35,187 nt of DNA from positions 1 to 35,187 of the forward strand of contig NW_021835910.1 of the NCBI RefSeq assembly GCF_006345805.1, read 5' to 3'. Positions 30,890 to 35,187 of the stretch are shown here, piece after piece. This DNA is from Octopus sinensis (lineage: Eukaryota). The stretch's first letter is position 1. Every line of letters starts with the position of its first letter. Made by a program: the position numbers and the translations under genes. The notes under the pieces are model-generated. The model saw only the letters and a program-made list of their open reading frames with translations, searched no databases and had not been told where the DNA came from.

Positions 30890-33800
30890 TAATAATTAAT
30901 TCTTTTTATTGGCCACAAGGGCTGACAAACATGATTGGAAAGCATAAAGGGACAAAACAGGACGAAAGGTTACAAAGGGTTTTGTCCGTTTGTGAAAAAA
31001 TCGTGTAAAAACAGTGTAACAATCAAATAATATAACAACGAAAAAACTCCCAATAGAGGGAGGCGTTACGAAAGGTTCCTGGTGGAAGAACGCATAAAAG
31101 CCAACGGGAGCCTGGTCAAAAGGGGGGTAGAGAGCCCCTTTCTCCTTTTATAATACCTTTTTCAATTACAGGCGAAACCTCAGAATTGGTCCATTTATAC
31201 TGGCCATTCGGGCACAATTCACCCACCTTTCAGAAAACTTGCTATCAGACAGCACTCTCCTCTCTAACCTCATCTTCCTTTTCAAGTGAAACTTGAAAAA
31301 GTTGATGAGGCCTTGACCAAAGAGGAAAGTATCTGACTTTAGCCTTTTCAAACGGGTCCACTATATAACCTCTTTCGCCACAGCCACTAGGCACAAGAAA
31401 ACGGCCTTGCCCTCCTTGTTAAAGGAGGTCGATGGGGGGCAATCTTCACTATGGATTCAGCTGATAGCCGGATCCGTCCTATACGTGACAGTAGCTGTTC
31501 GACATAAAGCCATAGTTCAGCAATACTCGGGCACTGGACGAGTGCATGCAGAACGGTTTCGTCGTCCTAGCAACACCTTGAGCAGGCCCGGCTGGCGGCA
31601 CTTCCGTGCCAGTAGAGTTTATCTCGAACAAGCAGAGTCCTCGGTAGCACTGCCAGGCGAGGGACCTTTGGAAATTATCCATTGGCCCCGGCCCGAAAGT
31701 TCTTCCAAATAGACCGCTCAGTTCGTTATCATCAACGCCTAGAGTTTCCCCGAGAACGTCGTCGCATTTTTCCTCCATTAACCCACTATAGAACGCTAGA
31801 GTGGAACTAAAACCGATCGCATTGCCCGCCTGGCGGAGGGCGGAGAGAGCTTGACGGCACTCGAGGTGCCAAGCGCCCTTTCTCGGTCTACGTTTGATCC
31901 AGGTCTGCAGCTCTATCAAAGAGACGAGCTGCGGAAAGTCGCGTCTGACAAAAGACGACCACACCTGTTCACCGTCTAGGAAACGCTTGAGATGCCGTAG
32001 CCTGACTGCATGTCTGTGCATCAGTAACCACGGCATGTCAAGGCCTCCGTTCAGCGGTCGTTGACAGCAGATGGATCGCCTGATCAGTGGCACCTGACCC
32101 TTCCACAAAAAGTCGAAGAGCAGGCGTACTAGCTTGGCCAACCAGCGGTTGGGACAAGATGACGACGGTCAAGCGGTAATAGATGACGGATGTGATGTAC
32201 GCATTCGCCACCTCCGCTCGACCTTTCAGGGACAGCTTCCTCTCGGCCCATTTCTGGGTGAGACGTGCCACCCTACTCGTCACCTCTTCCCAGTTTTTAT
32301 CCACCCGGAGGTTCGAACCGAACCAGACCCCGAGCAGTTTAACGGGTCCGTCTGTCCAGCGCTCTACGATGCTGTTGGACGGCATGGGCTTGCCCCTCCA
32401 GGTGCCCAGTTGCAAGCCCACAGACTTTTCCGCGTTAATCTTTGCCCCTGTCACCGCTTCGTACTCGTTTAGTGTCTCGCCAATCAGGTCAATGTGCCTG
32501 TGGATCGACACCATCACAGTGACGTCGTCGGCATAGGCAGACACGCTGTTTCCAGCTAGATCGCGCGGGATACCCCTCAAAGCCTCCAACTTGCGCAGTA
32601 ATGGCTCGAGAGTCAATACGTACAAGATGGAGGAGAGAGGGCATTCTTGGCGGACTGAACGCGAGATGTCAAACGGTTCCGAAAGGTGACCGTTCACCCG
32701 TATCACCGAGCAGATGTTGCTGTATAAAGCAGCGATCCACCCGCGGAAGACTGGACCAAAGCCAGCTGACTTGAGAACAGCTGCCAGGTACCGATGGTCG
32801 ACCCTATCGAAGGCTTTACTCTGATCTAAATTGATCAAAGCCCCACCCGCGCCAGCGTCGTTACCCACCCTCTCTATGATGTAAGCGCATGAGATGGAGA
32901 TTGTCGTGTATCGACCTGGTCGGCACGGCGCATGTCTGCGTCTTGCCAACCAGCTTGTCCACGACAAGCGCCAATCTCTTGGCTAGCACCTTAGCCAAAA
33001 TCTTCAACTCTGCATTGAGCATAGTGATGGGCCGAAAATTCCCTATGACGTCCCCCTTGTTTGGGTCATTTCTCAGCAAAGCCACCACCCCTCGACAGAC
33101 AAAAGCAGGAATTCTCCCGTTTTTCTGCCAGTTGCAGTAGACGTTTGCCAACAGGCCCGCAAACAAGTCTGGCATTGAAGTGTAAAGCTCGTAGGGTAGA
33201 CCATCCAAACCCGGCGATCTACCTCTCGTGCAACTCTTCATTGCTTCTTCCACTTCCCAGGCATATATCTGTCCTTCGCAGCACTCTGCCTCGCTGTCCG
33301 AGAGTTGCGGTAGGCCGCCCAGGTACACACCAAAGTCTGTACCGTTGTCCGTTCCACCGCTCGTCCCAAGCAGTTGAGTAAAGTGTCGCTGAAACACCGC
33401 ACACATCTTCTTCGGTTCGGTAACCACGCGCCCGTTCTGGTCCACCAAAGACCGAATGGTTTCTTTGTTGCCTCTCTTCGCCTCCGCCACGCGGGCCCAT
33501 CGAGCGGCTCTAGTCCCCTTCTCGCTTAGCTCTGACAACGCAGCCTTCGTGTTTGGTGTCAAAGTGTTGGTCGAGGGCCAACCTTGCCGCCAACACGTCA
33601 GTCACGATGCCAGTCTCAAGAGCCTAGTCTAGTTTCTTAACTAAATCCCGCTCTCTCTTCTTACGTTCAATAGATAGAGTCTTACTAAACCTAATCGACT
33701 CTACTCTAATTGCTCTCTTGAGGGCAAACCACCAGTTATTGTTGATGATCGCCCCCGTGAGCGCCCGCTAAACTAATAAACTAATCCGGTCTCTGTAGGC

Positions 33801-34474
33801 TTTGCACGCCGTTAACGACGCATTCAGCTTCCAGTAGCCGGGTCCCTGTCTATGTAGCTTATCTAAGTCGATCGTACAGATCACGAATTTGTGGTCCGTG
33901 TAGTCGACTAGGTAGAATTGCGGACACTCTATGCTGTCCTTATCCGCTGGCCTACAAAACACTCTATCTAAGTATAGGAGCACTCCGTCGGTTACGACAA
34001 TGAGGGTCCCAGCTGATACGATCAACGGAACAGCTTGCTCGTGGAATTAACGTGCAAGTGGCTGAGCATTCCACAGACACGTGTACCTTAACGTAGTTCT
34101 CGAGGAGAGGAGATTCAGCGTGACACAGAGTGTGACAAGGCTGGCCCTTTGAAATACAGGTACAACAAAAAAGAAACAGGAAGAAAGAGTGAGAGAAAGG
34201 TTGTGGTGAAAGAGTACAGCAGGGTTCACCACCACCCCCTGCAGGAGCCTTGTGAAGCTTTAGGTGTTTTCGCTCAATAAACACTCACAATGCCCGGTCT
34301 GGGAATCGAAACCACGATCCTACGACCGCGAGTCCGCTGCCCTAACCACTGGGCCATTGCGCCTCCTCTATCTAAGTACGATCTAGACGATCCGATGCGA
34401 TTGGTCCAAGTCCATATTGGCACATTCGGGTTGTCTAGTCGAAACCTGTTGGACAGCTGAAAGCGCCCGAGCAG
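30890..34474 (-). mobile_element. 5'-truncated, frameshifted Tx1-like (L1-clade) LINE: endonuclease C-terminus, RT, 3' UTR
   Basis: WTWTNRIGSSRSYLDRVFC...DHKFV...GPGYWKLN (APE endonuclease), SPGLDGLPYELY, FRPITMLNAELKILAKVLA, LDQSKAFDRVDH, SVRQECPLS, YADD. AATAAA at 30905-30910. ORF2 is split across several frames. Confidence 0.93.
33975..34365 (-). mobile_element. Full-length tRNA-derived SINE nested in the LINE
   Basis: A box TGGCCCAGTGG (34346-34356), B box GGTTTCGATTCCC (34301-34313), perfect 13-bp TSD CTCTATCTAAGTA (33962-33974 and 34366-34378). Confidence 0.92.
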
Positions 34475-35098
34475 GTTGAGTTTTATATATATAGATTTCT
34501 CAACGGGGATTTCAGGGGAGAGTTTCAGGGAGTCGCTGGCGATGTATCGTGATGATCAAAAATCCGGCCTGCTAGAATTTGGTTAAAGTGATTCAAACTG
34601 CAGACTCAACGCAAAATGGTCACATTTAATTCAATGCGTTAAAAATGTTTTGAAAACAATTGGTATGTGTTCACAAAGTCCAAACGATTAATACGAAAAA
34701 ACCCTCCAGGCTACATCCCGAAAATTCATTTCTTGCCGAATTTCTACAATGTTTACGGCGATTCGTTTTTATATCTTGATTTTTTATCTTTCATGCAATT
34801 TACGCATGCTTGCATGCGTGGTGAACACAGTTCACGTCAAACAGATGACTGAGTAAAGTTCACTATTCAATGCATGGGATAAGGCCTAAACAAACACATT
34901 ATCGATTTTTGCACTTGCGAGGTGAATTTCGGAACAGAAATAGCGCAGTTCAATTTTCATTCGCCTAAACTTTAAGTGACCCACTTTTGGTGGTTCTACG
35001 ATTTGTTGGCTAGGAGGAGATGTGCCGGGAAGTTAAACACACAGACACACACACAGATACACACACAGACACACAAGTTGAGTTTTATATATATAGAT
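34475..35098 (-). mobile_element. Helitron-like element with a duplicated 5' terminus
   Basis: A|TCTATATATATAAAACTCAAC head at 35077-35098 followed by a (TG/TCTG) microsatellite. The identical 22 bp recurs at 34475-34496. No canonical hairpin plus CTAG|T end is visible. Confidence 0.6.
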
Positions 35099-35187
35099 GT
35101 TTATATGCCAACATAACGTGGCAGTCCTGTAAAGGACGATGTTACTGTTGTTTTAGCCCCTTTCAAATGCTATACGGACAAATGCTA

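Noticed and set aside
31479-33562. Active LINE ORF2
   Set aside because: It is split by several frameshifts, interrupted by a SINE, and lacks the 5' end and ORF1.
34290-34365. tRNA gene
   Set aside because: A and B boxes are present, but this is the head of a TSD-flanked SINE and I could not fold a full cloverleaf.

Overview
Eukaryotic, repeat-rich genomic DNA. It is most likely from an octopus, inferred from SINE and microsatellite content I recognise, not from a search. About 40% of the window (4967-18779) is one purine-rich 56-bp tandem array of roughly 245 units. The array lies in one copy of a duplicated exon-intron module of an apparently decayed + strand SEA-domain/mucin-like gene; the paralogous intron carries only about 4 units. 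On the - strand there is an intact terminal exon (30180-30426) of an ionotropic glutamate receptor/IR-family gene that the ORF track misses. Its upstream intron holds a Helitron, a Tx1/L1-clade LINE with a nested SINE, and a second Helitron-like element. Three type I hammerhead-ribozyme motifs with palindromic stem III occur at about 19.6, 24.2 and 25.8 kb, as expected for Penelope-like retroelement termini. A 557-bp unit forms a tandem plus fold-back structure at 180-1790. The rest is transposon debris (Tc1/mariner, hAT, R4/Dong-like, L1, SINEs) and microsatellites. Most ORF-track entries are spurious translations of repeats. Family assignments come from motif recognition by eye; no database search was run.
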